Part shown: positions 24,114-37,502 of the stretch, piece by piece
Position numbering within the stretch: the stretch's first letter is position 1
Layout: each line of letters starts with the position of its first letter
Assembly (NCBI GenBank): GCA_035221665.1
Contig: CM069147.1
Span: forward strand, 43,772,001 to 43,836,000
Direction: 5' to 3'
Origin: Okamejei kenojei
Taxonomy: Eukaryota
DNA: 64,000 nucleotides
The notes under the pieces: generated by a model
The model's input: only the letters and a program-made list of their open reading frames with translations
What the model was told of the DNA's origin: nothing
The model's database searches: none
Program-made: the position numbers and the translations under genes

Positions 24114-25389
24114 TGAAGGAACTCAGTGGGTCAGGCAGACAACATTTTAAGTTACGACTCTTCATTAGTCGGATGAAGGATCCAAAACAATCATGTAAGA
24201 ATGGAGAAAAGATTAAATGAACAAGCTTAAAAAAATACAGAACGATCTTTCGCCTTCAAGTCTGGAACAGGTTTGTAAACTCTCATGCCAGCACAATATG
24301 GAAGACCATGAGGAACCTGCCACTTGTCCATTCCTATTCAAGATAGTGCCTAGCCTGCTGAGTTCTTCCAGCACTTTGTGTTTTGTTCAAGTTTCCAGCA
24401 TCTGCAGCTTATTGTGTCTCTATGGTAATTGTCTTTCTATGCCACTACTCCAGAGATGTTTGAGATGCAAGACATAACTTGCATCTCAAGCCACTATTTA
24501 GTTGCATGTAACGCACTTGCATCTCAAGTCACTATTTAGTTTGTCCATTTTATCTTCCGTGTACGTTGTATTGATACCTGAACAGTCCTACAGTTGAATA
24601 ATCAAGGGTTTATATGAACAGGATGATGCTTTACTGCAACCGTCCATGGCATAGCACAGAAACAAAGCTTTCGGTTTCAAACTCCATGACAGAGCAATGA
24701 GCCATGAGAACACATTTCCCACCACTTTTGTTGAATATAAATTGCTGATCCTTCATCACTGTTGTGTTAATACTCTAGAATTCTGCATGCAGTGTGGTGC
24801 AAGGAGTCCTAAGATAACACAATTTGGGCATTGGGGTATGTCAATAATTGAGGGGTTGTCTGTTTTACCCCCACAACAAGAATAAATATATATTTTTAAC
24901 TCTCAGCAGTTCATCATTATTTTAAATCTGATTTTCATGATCCGATGGAAAAAAAAATCTTTGTTTTTACTTCTCAAGGTTAGTAGAGCAAGATTCTCAG
25001 TGTCACAACATACCTCAGCATGGTCAATGAGTGTTCATGAAGCTTGAAAAACACAACGAAGGTTCAGGTTCCTAATGGCTTTCCATATTGGTGGCATAAA
25101 CGTTGTTCTGGACGAGCGTTAAATATTGTTCTTCCCGTGTTGAAGCTTGTTAATTTAATCTTGTCTCCATTCTTGTATGTTTTTTATTGATCAGATGCAC
25201 ATGAGCAAAACAGAACAGAAAAACGTGTTCCAATCAAGCATGATGCATGAGCATCAAATATTAGGTATTCTCTATCAGAAAGCTATGCCTTCTTTCAGTG
25301 TTGTAAACCTAATGCATTTCCCTGAATATTCAATTTCCATCTGCATCCACCAATTTCTAAATGAAGCCTTATTTCCCAGTAATTAACTG

Positions 25390-25720
25390 AATTTCCAAGT
25401 ACATCTTGACTTGCCTGTTGTTCTCGGGTACTTGAACAGCCCTTTCTCGCACACTTTCACGTCATGTACGAACTTGTAGATCATTTCTCTAACACTTACA
25501 TCATTGCCATCAATAAAACTAATAAACTGCAATGGTAGCAATGTCTGCGTCAACGGGATGTCACCAGTAATGAATCTCCATGCCGATACAAATTCATTTA
25601 CAACTACTTTCTTCATAATAGCTTTCAGCCGGTTGATTGTTACAAATCTAGGATGCGTTGATTTTGCAAAGAAGCTTCTTGTGTGGTACTTTACCAAAAA
25701 TCCTTTAGGAATTTAGGTGT
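25390..25720 (-). mobile_element. Ancient CR1 RT fragment
   Basis: KVVVNEFVSAWRFITGDIP..PLQFISFIDG..IYKFVHDVKV is a decayed version of the SGVPQG..FADD region. Confidence 0.6.
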
Positions 25721-26069
25721 TTACTGCAAGTCTATCATTTGATATCCTTTCATTGCAGCACTAGCATAGAATTCATATGGTTAATGACAATTGCTGGTCA
25801 GGAACCTTTTTATGCATTTATTCACAGGTTTATTGTCCATTTCTAATTGTCACTGAAGTCAGGGAGCAGTGAAGTGTCAATGTGTCAATGACATTGGTAA
25901 ACCTAGTATCAAGTCAATGCCTTTCAGGATGACAGTTTTCCTTTCCAGAAGGACATCAGTGAACCGGAGATGTTTTTATAACAATATGGTTATTTCCCGA
26001 TTACTGTCACTAACACTACTGAGAAATATTTGTGAAGGTAGCATAAAGATGACAAGGTTCCAGAAACAG

Positions 26070-26395
26070 TAGAGTCTTACAGGCCATTTGGCCCAACTAG
26101 TCCACACCGGCCAACATGTCCCAGCTACACTAGTACCACCTGCCTGCATTTGGCTCATATCTCTCAAGGCCTGCCCTATCCATGTACTTATCTAATTGTT
26201 TCTTCAACGTTGCAATTGTCCCTGCCTCAACTACCTTCTCTGGCAACTATTCCAACACCCTTTGTGTGGAATAGTTACCCCTCAGATTCCTATTAAATCT
26301 TTTCACCTTCACCTTAAACCTATGTTCTCAGATCCTTGATTCCCCTACTCTGGGCAAGAGACTTTGTGCGTCTACCCGATCTGTTCCTCTCAGGG
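26070..26395 (-). mobile_element. CR1 3' fragment
   Basis: Antisense counterpart of 26880-27262. Confidence 0.8.
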
Positions 26396-26879
26396 GGAAT
26401 GAGTATTGTTGGATTGATGAGTATTGTCATTCATGAGCATGAGTATCTCAGTATTGTTGAATTTCCTTGTGTGACCTTGTGGTGAAACACCAGAACTTCA
26501 ACTGTGAAATTTCAGATTTGATTTCATGGTGTTTTCTATTGAAGTATAGTGAGCTATTTCTGCTGTCAGGATTTAGCCTTGCAGGGGTGAACTCTATAGC
26601 AAGCCCTTGAAATGAAATCCAACAATAGAAGCAACACTCTTCCAGCAACAAGAAACTGTTGCTACTGGGAAAATCATTGCTACGGTGATTGGAATTGGGG
26701 TGAATGAAGAGTGTTTTCAGATTATCTTGGAAATTTGTGTGTGACATTTGTACTAAGGGTCCATGCCCATCCTCCAGGATCAGAGTCAGGTTCCTAGCAC
26801 CTGGTTATCAGGGATGTCTTTGAGCACTTATGAGCGTGATCTATGGAAGCTGGATCTTTAAGGAATTTTCCACCAGCAA

Positions 26880-27262
26880 ATGGTCTGGGACTCTATTCCG
26901 TGGAGCATAGGCGGATGAGGGGTGATCTTACTGAGATGTATAAAATCGTGAGAGGAATAGATCGGGTAGACACACAGAATCTCTTTGTAGGGGAATCGGG
27001 GACCAGAGGACATAAGTATAAGTTGAAGGGGAGAAGATTTAATAGGAATCTGAGGGGTAACATTTTCACACAAAGGCTGGTGGGTGCATGGAGCGAGCTG
27101 CCAGAGGAGGCAGTTGAGGCTGTTAGACTAGTACGTGGATAGGACAGGTTTGGAGGGATATGAGGTAAACACAGGTGGGTCTAGTGTTGCTGGGACACGC
27201 TTGTCCGTGTGGGCAAGTTGGGCTGAAGGACCTGTTTCCACACTGTATAACTCTATGACTCT
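26880..27262 (+). mobile_element. CR1 3' fragment with (CTATGACT) tail
   Basis: LGLYSVEHRRMRGDLTEMYKIVRGID..TRGHKYKL..FTQRLVGAWSELP. Confidence 0.88.
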
Positions 27263-27374
27263 CAGTCCCATTCTGCCTGCTTCCATGAGGTGAGGGAATG
27301 TGGACAAAGTCGTCTATCCTTGAGTAAGGAGACCTCCCTAAAGTAAAAGTGAGAAGCAAAGTACGAGATGTAAT

Positions 27375-27992
27375 TCTGGAATGCTGGAGGTTGACGGGAG
27401 ACTTGATAGACATGTATAAAATATGAGAAGCATATCTAGGGTAGACCTTTTCCCCAGGATGGAAATATCAAATACGAGAAATTATAGCTTTATGGTGAGA
27501 GGGGCAAAGTTTAAAGGAGATGTGCAGGGCAAGGTATTAAGCAGAGGGTGGTGAGTGTCTGGAAGTGCTGTCTGGGTGATGCTGGAAGCGGATACGATAG
27601 TGGCATTTAAGAGGCATTTGAATAGGCACGTGGATATGCAGAGAATGGAGGAATATTGATGTGTAGGAACGAACTGCAGATGCTGGTTTAAACCGAAGGT
27701 AGACACAAAAGGGTGGAGTTACTCAGCGGGACAGGCAGCATCTCTGGCGAGAAGGAATGGGTGACGTTTCGGGTCAAAACCAAGTCTGAAAAAGAGTCTT
27801 GACCCAAAACGTCACCCATTCCTTGTCTTCCATAGATGGTGCCTGCCCCGCTGAGTTACTCCAGAATTTTGTGTCTATCTTTGCAGGGATATTGATTATG
27901 TGCAGGAAAATTGGAGATGATCTTGGAATCATACTCCTTACAGGCATTGTGGGTCAAAGGGCCTGTCCCTGTGCCATGTTGTATGTTCTATG
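27375..27992 (+). mobile_element. Older CR1 3' fragment containing a Penelope fold-back insert (27661-27882)
   Basis: CR1 ORF2 end and UTR. The insert has inverted arms meeting at a degenerate hammerhead, and ATATTGAT is repeated on both sides. Confidence 0.8.
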
Positions 27993-28146
27993 TAGCATAG
28001 ATCAGCGGCAGCAGTCTGGAATGGCCCTGTGGTTAGGAATCTTAGATTCACCACGGCCTTACCTCCATTTTCCAAAATGAGGGTGAATGTATATTGAAAT
28101 TGAGAGGAAAGAGATCTTAGTGAAGACAATGAATGTAGTTTGAATG

Positions 28147-28441
28147 TTTAGTTGAGTTTAGTTTAGAGTTTCAGCGTGGAAACGGGTCCTATGGCCCACC
28201 GTGAGTCCCCACTGATCAGCGATCACCCGTACACCAGCTCTATCCTACGCACAAGGGACAATTTTACAGAAGCCAATTAACCTACAAACCTGCATGTGTT
28301 TGGAATGTGGGAGGAAACTGGAGCACCTGGAAAACCATGGGCAGAACGTGCAAACTCTGCACATGCAGCACCAGTAGTCAGGATCAAACCCGGGTCTCTG
28401 GCGCTGATAGGCAGCAACTCTACTGGTGTGCCACTGCGCCA
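28147..28441 (-). mobile_element. HE1-like SINE
   Basis: Same structure as the other copies. Confidence 0.85.
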
Positions 28442-28984
28442 TAATCCTGCTGGGTCTTAAAATTTTGCTTTGAGTTATTTTATTTCCTGCTCTTTCTCCA
28501 AGAGTAAAACCTTCTACTGAATATCCTCCGTAGCTTCTCGCTTCAAGTCGTCGTTTATTTTTAACGGCTGACTTAATTTTTCTTGTACATTTTTAAGGGA
28601 AAATGTAGTGAGGAAAACCTATTTTTTACGCGAGTAATTAAGAGATGGACTTTTTCATAGCAGTGAGGTTGAAAATTCTACTGTCGACAATGTGCGTGTT
28701 GCACGATTGTTGGTGCAATTCAAGGAAGATTTACACCAGAAAAAAATGGCACGGCCTAACAGAAACAGCTGCAGGAAAGGAAGGTGTTGAATTTCCTGAC
28801 AAATAATAAGACACTCAGAAATACGCACACCGTTGTTTCTGTCTGGGCTGAGCCAATTTTCAAGTACATGGCACTGGAATTTGTTTGGGAGCTGTGTGAA
28901 ATAATTTCTGGGCTAAAATTGTTTGAGAGAAGGCGTTATCGTTGCAACTGTGAAAAAGATGTCGGCTCTGAAAGCAGAAATCTG

Positions 28985-29185
28985 TGCCGACCTTTTTTTT
29001 ACTCGGGGACATTTTTCATCAAGCTAGAAAAAACGGCGCGAACTACTTGATGCCACGAGTACCTACGACTAGCATCACAACCTGCTACGACCTGCCTACG
29101 GCCTCGTGACCACCATGCTGCGAGTATGAGTCAAGGGCAAACTCGGCAGAGGTCGCCAATTAGGTCGTGAAAGTGGCACAGGGGC
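28985..29185. mobile_element. One-ended PIF/Harbinger-type MITE fragment
   Basis: It ends AAGTGGCACAGGGGC-TTA, a variant of the AAGTGGGACAGGCCCT TIR at 49725-49740. Internal ACGAC-rich repeats resemble 57157-57347. No left TIR is present. Confidence 0.65.
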
Positions 29186-29859
29186 TTACTCCAGCATTTT
29201 GTGTCTATCTTCGGTTTAAACCAGCATCTGCAGTTCATTCCTACACATCAATATTCCTCCATTCTCTACCGATGTCTTTTTCACAGTTACAAATGAATTG
29301 AGAGTGCATTCATCAACAAATCCCTCAGTTACAAACAGAGTTAGACGATGAAATCTAGGACTGTCTATTTTCTCTGGCTAGGGAGACCATTTATGAAGAG
29401 TTATCAGTTTAAGTTCCACACCAGGAACAAGAAGAGTGATTAGGAGAAATGTCTCTGCATGGAGTTATTGGAGCTTTGGGATATTTTGCCAGAGAGCATG
29501 ATTGAGTAGGAGAAAGAATGTTCTGTCAGGAAAAATCTTGAAATGGCTGAAGAAACAGGGCAGCAGGGAAGATTAGTTTTGATTTGCTCCATCAAAGGGC
29601 TGACACGGATATGATCACCTCTTTCACTGCTGTAAACATGCTTTTGACTTATCTTACAACCCATATTGAACGTATTTATTAAGTTAATTATATTTGTATC
29701 AACTTTAAATTTGAACACACTATCTTAATGCAGATAACAATGTAGAACCTAGAAATCATGTGGGATGTTTTCTTGTGAGGCTATTAAAGGACCAGAAATT
29801 AAATTTGCTCATATGGCCTGGATATCATGGCCAGAAAAATGACCAGTGTTTACTTTAAT

Positions 29860-30061
29860 GTGTAGGAAGGAACTGCAGATGCTGGTTTAACACAAAGATA
29901 GACACAACAAGCTGGAGTAACTCAGCGGGTGAGACAGCATCTCTGGAGAAAAGGAAAAGGTCACATTTCTGAAGAGGGGTCTCGACTCGAAACGTCACCT
30001 ATTCCTTTTCTCCAGAGTTACTGTCTGACCCGCTGAGTTACTCCAGCGTTTTGTGTCTATC
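29860..30061. mobile_element. Penelope-derived fold-back mini-insert
   Basis: Inverted arms meet at CTGAAGAGGGGTCTCGACTCGAAACGTC. TAATGT occurs at both flanks. Confidence 0.8.
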
Positions 30062-30887
30062 TAATGTTTGCGTGAAGATGGGCTGAACATGGAGTTCAAC
30101 AAAGGAGTGAGATCCTCGGCTAAATGCTACTGTTTTCCCAAAGAATTTACTCAAACACCCTACTCTGTGTCTGACGAGACATAAGGAAGAAATGCCCGTT
30201 AGGGAACATGGTGATATTTTGTTAAAGGAAGGAGACTTCCCCATTGCTCATTATAAAATCTTTCTTTTTTTTTCAAATCTAATATTTGTATCTTTATTCT
30301 GGACATTTGTATTACCAATTGTTTCTGTCTTTTGAGTTTTTAAATCTTTTAAATGCTACTTCATGTTTCTGAGTGTTTAAATACTTTATTTATTTATGTA
30401 AATTAAAGTGTACAACAGTTCCAGCAAAGCCCGGGGGAATGCATGCTGTCAGATTTATTTCAGATTTTTGAGGTCGGGAAGGAATAGTTTTCACTGCCTC
30501 TTTGTAATCATTGCTGTGTGGCGTTATGTCGCGCCATCACATAACATTATGTGGCAGCTTCAACTCTTGCGCAGATGAGAATAGCTCTTGTTGCAGAAAT
30601 CACATTTCAATGCATTTGGACCTGCAGTCTGGAAGCCACAACTCTATCTGCTCATGAACATACAATAGATGCAGAATTACACAAATGTGAAGAAACAGTA
30701 TTTCTCCTTTTATTGCTCCTTTAATTGTATGGTTGGTACAAATGGGAATGTAACAGTATCTACAGTTGCTATCTCAATCAAAACCTTTTGGGGGTATTCA
30801 ATTTAAAATATTGTTATTTTTCCTACTCTGATTTTCAGTCACTATTCAGTTTTGAAGACTGCTTGCTACCAAACTGAAAATAATTAC

Positions 30888-31103
30888 TATCTCAGAGGGC
30901 GGTGGAGGTCGGTTCTCTGGATACTTTCAAGTGAGAGCTAGATAGGGGTCTTAAAGATAGCGGAGTCAGGGGATATGGGGAGGAGGTAGGAACGGGGTAC
31001 TGATTGGGGATGATCAGCCATGATCACATTGAATGGCTTTGCGGGCTCGAAGGGCCGAATGGCCTACTCCTGCACCTATCGGCTATTGTCTATTGTCTAT
31101 TGT
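30888..31103 (+). mobile_element. CR1 3' end with (CTATTGT)n tail
   Basis: GGGCTCGAAGGGCCGAATGGCCTACTCCTGCACCTAT 3' hairpin region followed by the tail. Confidence 0.85.
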
Positions 31104-31519
31104 TACCTGATTTGATTTAAAACTCTGTTTCCTCTCACATCCAGTTTGCATAGAAAGTTAATTGAAGACGATGTTCGGGTAAACACATTTTATGGATCCC
31201 ATTATATCCGTATCTCTTATTAAGAAGGTTTAAATTACCAGATTCTGTACTGATAGTAAAGAAGATAAAAGAAAAATCAAACAAAACAGCTTGCATGAAA
31301 ACTTGCTTTCATATATCATTTTTCGGAGAGCCATAGACAACCCTTCATTTGATGTTCAATGTTTAGTTTGATATTTAGGGGACAAGAAATGTCCACTTTG
31401 TCCCCTCTCTCATCCTGGTAGCATCAAATATATTTTGCCATGAGATGATGTATTTGCTAATAATTAACAGAATTATCTGAATTGCATTTATTGAAATGAC
31501 ATTAGGAAGTTTGTAGATG

Positions 31520-31825
31520 AGAGTCTACAGGTGCAGGAGCCTGAAGACTGCAACAACCAGGTTCAGGAATAGCTACTTCCCCACAGCCATCAGGCTATTA
31601 AACCTGGCTCGGACAAAACTCTGAACATTAATAACCCATTATCCGTTATTTGCACTTTATCAGTTTATTTATTCATATGTGTATATGTTTATTTAATGGT
31701 ATATGGACACACTGATCTGTTTTGTAGTCAATGCCTACTATGTTCTGTTGTGCTGAAGCAAAGCAAGAATTTAATTGTCCTATCAGGGACACATGACAAT
31801 AAACTCACTTGAACTCACTTGAACT
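31520..31825 (+). mobile_element. Rex1/Babar-like 3' end
   Basis: CCAGGTTCAGGAATAGCTACTTCCCCACAGCCATCAGGCTATTAAAC (RFRNSYFPTAIRLLN) followed by TGACAATAAA(CTCACTTGAA)n. Confidence 0.8.
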
Positions 31826-32870
31826 TATAGATGCATTTATAACTTTTCTCAGTGACAGAAAGACCAAGGAAATTATTGGTCTCCTGATGGGGTGTCCAAA
31901 TAAAGGAACCTTAAAAAATATTGTATATTTAATAGAATTTATACTGTGAGCATTTGTGCAAGTTAATATTTGTTATTACTTTAATATCATTCTCTGTATT
32001 GTTTTTGGGGAAATATTCTGTAATTCGTTGGCCATAATATCTGGATGCAGATGGGTTCTTAGACAAAGCAAAGTGAGCCAATGGCAGCACAGTATTTACT
32101 GGATCACTGTTTTGCGCGTTGAGCCACATGTTGGATTTTAGCCCTTTACACTTCAACGCCCATGAAGTTTGTGAAACACTTTTGCTGCCAATGTCAGTTG
32201 ATGATGCGGTGAGTTCATCAAAGCATTTGCAACAATGAGAAAAGCAGCCCACTTCCTTGTGAAGTCTCTTTTGGCTGATCACTAGATTCACAGCTTTCAA
32301 GCGAATCTTTAGTCTGAGGCCAGGATGCGGTCTACTGTTTGCTTTTTGTGTTTGCACCTTCATGCAGACTTCCATGTTCCTTATTGAAAGAGATAATTAA
32401 CACTCCCATGGGTGCTCTGGCATTGATTGCTGGCTGCCAGATTCTAAATGGTGGTCTGGGCCTTGTGGCAATCTTCTTGAAGACATTATTATTGTCTCCA
32501 TTTTCCTTTGAATACGCATCGTGATTGAAGTGGGATTGGTTAATGATGGAGTGTGACCTACAGAGACTTGATTTCAGTTGAGATCATTGTGGGTTGTGAG
32601 CTTGGAGCTCTGGGTTCATATTGATCAAATTGCTTTCCTGTCACTGCAGATCTCACGAGGTGCAGTGTCACAATGATCTGGTACCAACCCCATCAGCATC
32701 GATCTAATCCACACTGGTGACAGGAAGGACACAGGAATTGCTGCCTGTCTGATTTTCTCTCCGTTGATTTTAATGTAGAGTGAAAGTTCATGGCATGTGG
32801 AATTAGCAGTTATCTCAACCTTGTTAGTTATAAAACCTGCCGATGCTACCTACCTGAAATAAAAACACAA

Positions 32871-33760
32871 AGTAGGTATGTTACAAAACTTACCTTTAGC
32901 GGCGCTGCAGTTCTGCCACTGCCCATGTGAGCGACTTTGGCGCCTTTGAGAGGGGGGCGGGTTTAAAATGCCGTTTACTCCAGACTATTCAAATCGATTA
33001 ATCTCAGGGGGTTTAGTTGCTGAAGAGAAACCGCTCTGACATTTGTTTTATGGAGTTATTTTTAAACTACGCTGGATCATTTATTAGCATGAGTAAATTA
33101 AAAAATCATCTTCTAAAGCCGTGAACGGCAACAACGGGACGGATCTCACATAAGGGACAAAAGAAGGTACGCAGTTTATTTTTACATAAAAACGTGCTTC
33201 TTAGGATGCCTTTAATCAAAATTTCATGTTGTGAAAAGGTGACTTAGAAAATATAAGAACCGGCAGTATTTTTCCTGCCGACTGGGGATTAAATTCACCG
33301 CAAACCGCAACGTTCCAAACGATCGCGTTCCACAAAAACCCACTTGCAAGATGATTTAAATGGCCATTAATTTACGGGAATTAAACACTAAATTCCTTCC
33401 ATTTGGCCTATAAATTCATGACAATGAGATTTTAAAATCTTGTTATATTGTGAATTTTTGTGTGAATGTTATTTGGACACTTAGGCTTTTTAAAAATGTT
33501 AACCTTTTCTTACGAAATGGATGGATGTTTAGATCTAGTAATTGAATTTTGTAATTAGCTACAATTAGGTAACTAACTAATTATATGCTTTAATTTCAGG
33601 TCATCCAAGTAAGATTGTTTCATATTTGTTTCAGAATGCTTCAATCTATGATAACTGAAAATGTCATTCAGTTCTCTTAATTGTTAAGAAAGTTATGGGC
33701 TTTTGATTGTCCTTGATCACAGCTTTTGTGTTAAGTCAATGGAAAAGCAATAGGGAACAA
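32871..33760. mobile_element. Unclassified interspersed repeat, possibly a truncated non-autonomous DNA transposon
   Basis: Abrupt CpG-retaining segment starting AGTAGGTATGTTACAAAACTT, followed by an AT-rich body. No ORF and no partner TIR in the window. Confidence 0.35.
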
Positions 33761-35398
33761 GCCTTACAGCTGGTTTGCTGCGGCCTTTCCTGGAGTCGGG
33801 CCCAGAGCTTCAGCGGCAGCGCAGTGGAGACTTTAACATTGTGGAGCTGGGCGACCCCTTGCATGGTAAATTAATTTCACTTCACCTTATGGTGCATGTG
33901 ACAAATAAATGTGAACCTTTGAACCTTTGATCCAGTTATTTGGTGTTTCTTTCTGAGAGGCCAGCCTAAAAGTCTGTACGTTGCCATCCATTATCTCCGC
34001 TGTGGTATCAAAGGAAATATACCTGAAAGAATAGAAGGTATTTTAACCCACGGGACATATGGATGTTGTTGGGGGCGGGGGCGGGGGCTGGTGTTACACA
34101 TATCTTGTATCTACTGTTGGCCTCTTGTACAGTGAGAGTATTTGTCCTCACGAAATTGGTGGAGAACAATGTAGAGATAAGCCTAAAGTTGGTGATTAAC
34201 AGATAATAAAAAAAGTATTAAAATACTTGAGAAGACAACGGATGAGAGCAGAGTGGATGTAAAAGTGCCCAATTGACTAAGGAAGAAAATTATAAGATGG
34301 AGATGCGTTAAGAGGCTAATCATAAATGAGAGGATGAAGAAATCTGTGCATCAACAAGGGCTTTTCGCAGAGTTTATTTAGTTTTGAACAGTTTAAGTTT
34401 CATGTTGGAAATAAACCAATTTTCACTGTGGGTATTTGTTTAAATTTTGAATCATTTGTCACTTATATTGCTGCTTTCACTTTAGAAGCTCTCAAGCTAT
34501 GCACAGTAAAATAAATGCAGGTTGTGCTTTTTATTAATATGGTTAGAGGGCATCCAGCCACAGTGGAAAATAATTGCATATTTTACCTCCTTTGACTTTT
34601 TTTGTGTGTGATGTGATACACAAAATGAGAATGACCAATGTTTTCATCTTGAAATCTCGTATTCTTTTTGGCTATTCTACATAGGCTACTTGCCATGCCA
34701 TTGAAAGCACTTTGAACTAACTATACCTTGGTGACCTGCTACAACAATATTAGAAATTGATTTTTTTTTTAAGCCTGGGGAATGTGAAAGGTGGTATTAA
34801 AAAATAAATCCCTTACAACCTCAATGCATGAGGGCTAAAATATTTGATCCAGATGTATAAATCTTCTATATCTTAATTTAAAATTCATCCCAAGCGGACA
34901 ACCCAAAAGAGGTAATGCAGTTTTAATCCTATTTCTTTACTTGATTTACTTAAATTGACATAAGCCCCGCAGTGTTAATTTGTATGGATCTTCATCACAC
35001 ACAGAAGGGCTAAAGGTAAAATTAGACGCCTAGGCTAACCGACAATTTGTGAACACAAGAGACATGAATTCATGTAGTTCTGCAGCCTGAATTTAAGATT
35101 TATTTTTCTTTGAGGCATCATGGTAATCCTTTCAAATTCTGAAATAAATTTCTGGACTGCAGTTACAGACAGCTCTCTGCACGGTCTTTGCAAATTGTAC
35201 GTCACTTAAAATGGAATAACAGTGGACTGGTGTCCATGAGATTTTTCAAACATGTCAGAAGGAAACCAAAACTGCAGAATTTCTGCATAAAATAAGTCCT
35301 GGGATTGCTCTGGTTTTGGCTGCATCAAAGTTGAAATACAAATATCCATTGGGTGAGATACAACCATTGAACCATTTTTTTAATTTGAAGATATTCTC

Positions 35399-35591
35399 TG
35401 TAGGTCAGTGTCACTCATGTTACGAGTCATACTTTGTAGCTACGCCCACTAGTTTACCGGAGAGCTTCTCAGCACTTTCTCCCTCAGTCTTGTGTTACAT
35501 ATTAAGATGAAGATACCTATGCTGTAACGCTAATAAAGTATTTGGATCTTAATCACTGTGTGTGACCAAAGTTAACAGCAGAAGCTCGACA
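35399..35591 (+). mobile_element. Solo LTR of the Gypsy family at 7528-12560
   Basis: TG..CA termini, perfect 5-bp TSD TTCTC at 35394-35398 and 35592-35596, colinear with 12343-12560. Confidence 0.93.
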
Positions 35592-36094
35592 TTCTCTCAG
35601 ATCTTTGTTTCTCCTTCATTCTCATATTCTTCCATGCTCACTCTCTTTCACTCACTCTTCCCACTTCCCCTTACTCTTCTTCTTCTTATTCTCCCACTCT
35701 CACTCTTTCTGGGTCTTTCCCTCCTGCTCTTTGTCAACTCTTGTCATATCCTCATGTGATTTCTTTTGGATGCGTAACTCGTGATCAGTTTTCATTAAGA
35801 ACAATCTACTGCATGGGTATTTTACGCAGGAGCAAGATCAATGGACTGATATTGGCTGTCTCAGATTGCAGGAGAGTTGGACCCCTCTTCTGACTCTTAC
35901 ATTCATTGTGTGAGGAGCTCTGAACTAGAGGCTAACCACAAAGCACTGAGAAGCATGCTGCACGCTCTCACGTCACCTGCAACCAACGGCCGCTAACTGC
36001 ATTGGTTTGTTCAACTCCAGTTGACATGACAACAACACAAACATTGGCATAGTTATGTTTCGTCAAGTAGGCTATCAAAAGATACACCAGGATA

Positions 36095-37502
36095 CAGATC
36101 CGTTGGAAATATATAGGTGGAGAAATGGCAGCAGTTTAATCCAGACAAGTGCAAAGTGTTGTACTTTGGGAGGTTTAATAAAGGAGGAACATATACAGAA
36201 CAGGTACAGAGGGATAGACACAAAATGCTGGATCCAGACTGCAGAAGGGTCTCGACCTGAAACGTCACCCATTCCTTATCTCCAGAGATGCTGCCTGTCC
36301 CGCTGAGCTACCCCAGCATTTTGTATCCATCTTCGATTTAAACCAGCATCTGCAGTTCACAAGTTATGAGTAGAATTAGGCCATTCGGCCCATCAAGTCC
36401 ACTCAATTATGCCTGATCTCTGCCTCCTAATCCCATTTTCCTGCCTTCTTCCCATAACCCTTGACACCCGTTCTCATCAAGAATTTGTCTCATTCTGCCT
36501 TAAAAATATCCAATGAATTGGCCTCCACAGCCCTCAGTGACAATGAGTTCCACAGATTAACTACCCTCTGACTAAAGAAGTTCCTCCTCACCTCCTTTCT
36601 AAAAGAGCGCCCTTTAATTCTGAGGCTCTGACCTCTGGTCCTAGACCTTCCCAGGATCTTGGGATGCAAATCCATTACTCCTTGAAAGTGGCAACACAAG
36701 TAAACAGGGTGGTGAAGAACCATATGGCAGGCTTGCTCTTATTGGTTAGGCCACTGTGAAAAAAATTTACAAGCCATGTTGCAGCTGTGTAAAAAATGGT
36801 TTAGGCCACATTTGGAGTGTTATGTGCAGTTCTTGTTGTCTCATTACAGGAAGGATGTGGAGGCACTTGAGGGAGGATGCAAAAGGTGTTCACCAGGATG
36901 TTACCTGGATTAGAGATAATGAGCTAAAGAGAGCTTGGACAACCTTGGACTGTCTTCTCTGGAGCATATCGAAGATGAAGATCGAAATATATAAAATTAG
37001 AATCATCGAGTCATTCAGCGTGCAAACAGGTCCCTCGGCCTAACTTCCCACACTGACCAACATGTCCCATCTACACCAGTTCACCAGCCTGCGTTTGGCC
37101 CATATCCCTCTAAACCTATTCTATCCATGTACCTGGGTGAAAAATTATGAGGTGCATAGATAGGGATGATATTCAGAGGTTTTTTTTTCCCAGGATGAAA
37201 ATGTCAAAGACTACTGGGGCATATTTTTAAGATGGGAAGGGGAAGGTTTAAAGGAAAATTTAGGGTGTGTGAATTTTTACACAAGGTTGGTAGGTACCTG
37301 GAATGCTCTACCAGGGGAAATGATGGAACAAAACGTGACAGCAGCATTTTAGAGGCATTTAGGCAGAAACATGAACAGGCAGGGATTGAAGGAATGTAGA
37401 CCATGTCCAGGCAGAGGGGATTAATTTAAACGGATAAGATGGTCGGCACAGACATTATAGTTCAAAGGACCTGATTTTGCGCTGTACCATTCCATGTCTT
37501 AT
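36095..37502 (+). mobile_element. Old CR1 3' region with nested inserts (Penelope fold-back 36214-36358, antisense CR1 36359-36650, antisense CR1 tail 37000-37133)
   Basis: FNPDKCKVLYFG, DLGMQIH..LKVATQV.RVVK and LGHIWSVMCSS-type remnants on +. The nested pieces match other copies in the window. Confidence 0.75.

Noticed and set aside
24477-24541. Short tandem duplications (also 5889-5912, 8746-8796, 48603-48638)
   Set aside because: Ordinary two-copy slippage duplications with no spacer-repeat array structure.
28650-28790. Possible exon SEVENSTVDNVRVARLLVQFKEDLHQKK
   Set aside because: Acceptor-like site but a weak donor and no recognisable homology; it cannot be supported without RNA data.
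32090-32214. Possible exon ending at a strong donor GCG|GTGAGT
   Set aside because: No convincing acceptor and no recognisable protein similarity.
12343-35591. The two homologous LTRs as ends of one 23-kb element
   Set aside because: The second has its own TSD on both sides, and the first follows a PPT as a 3' LTR.
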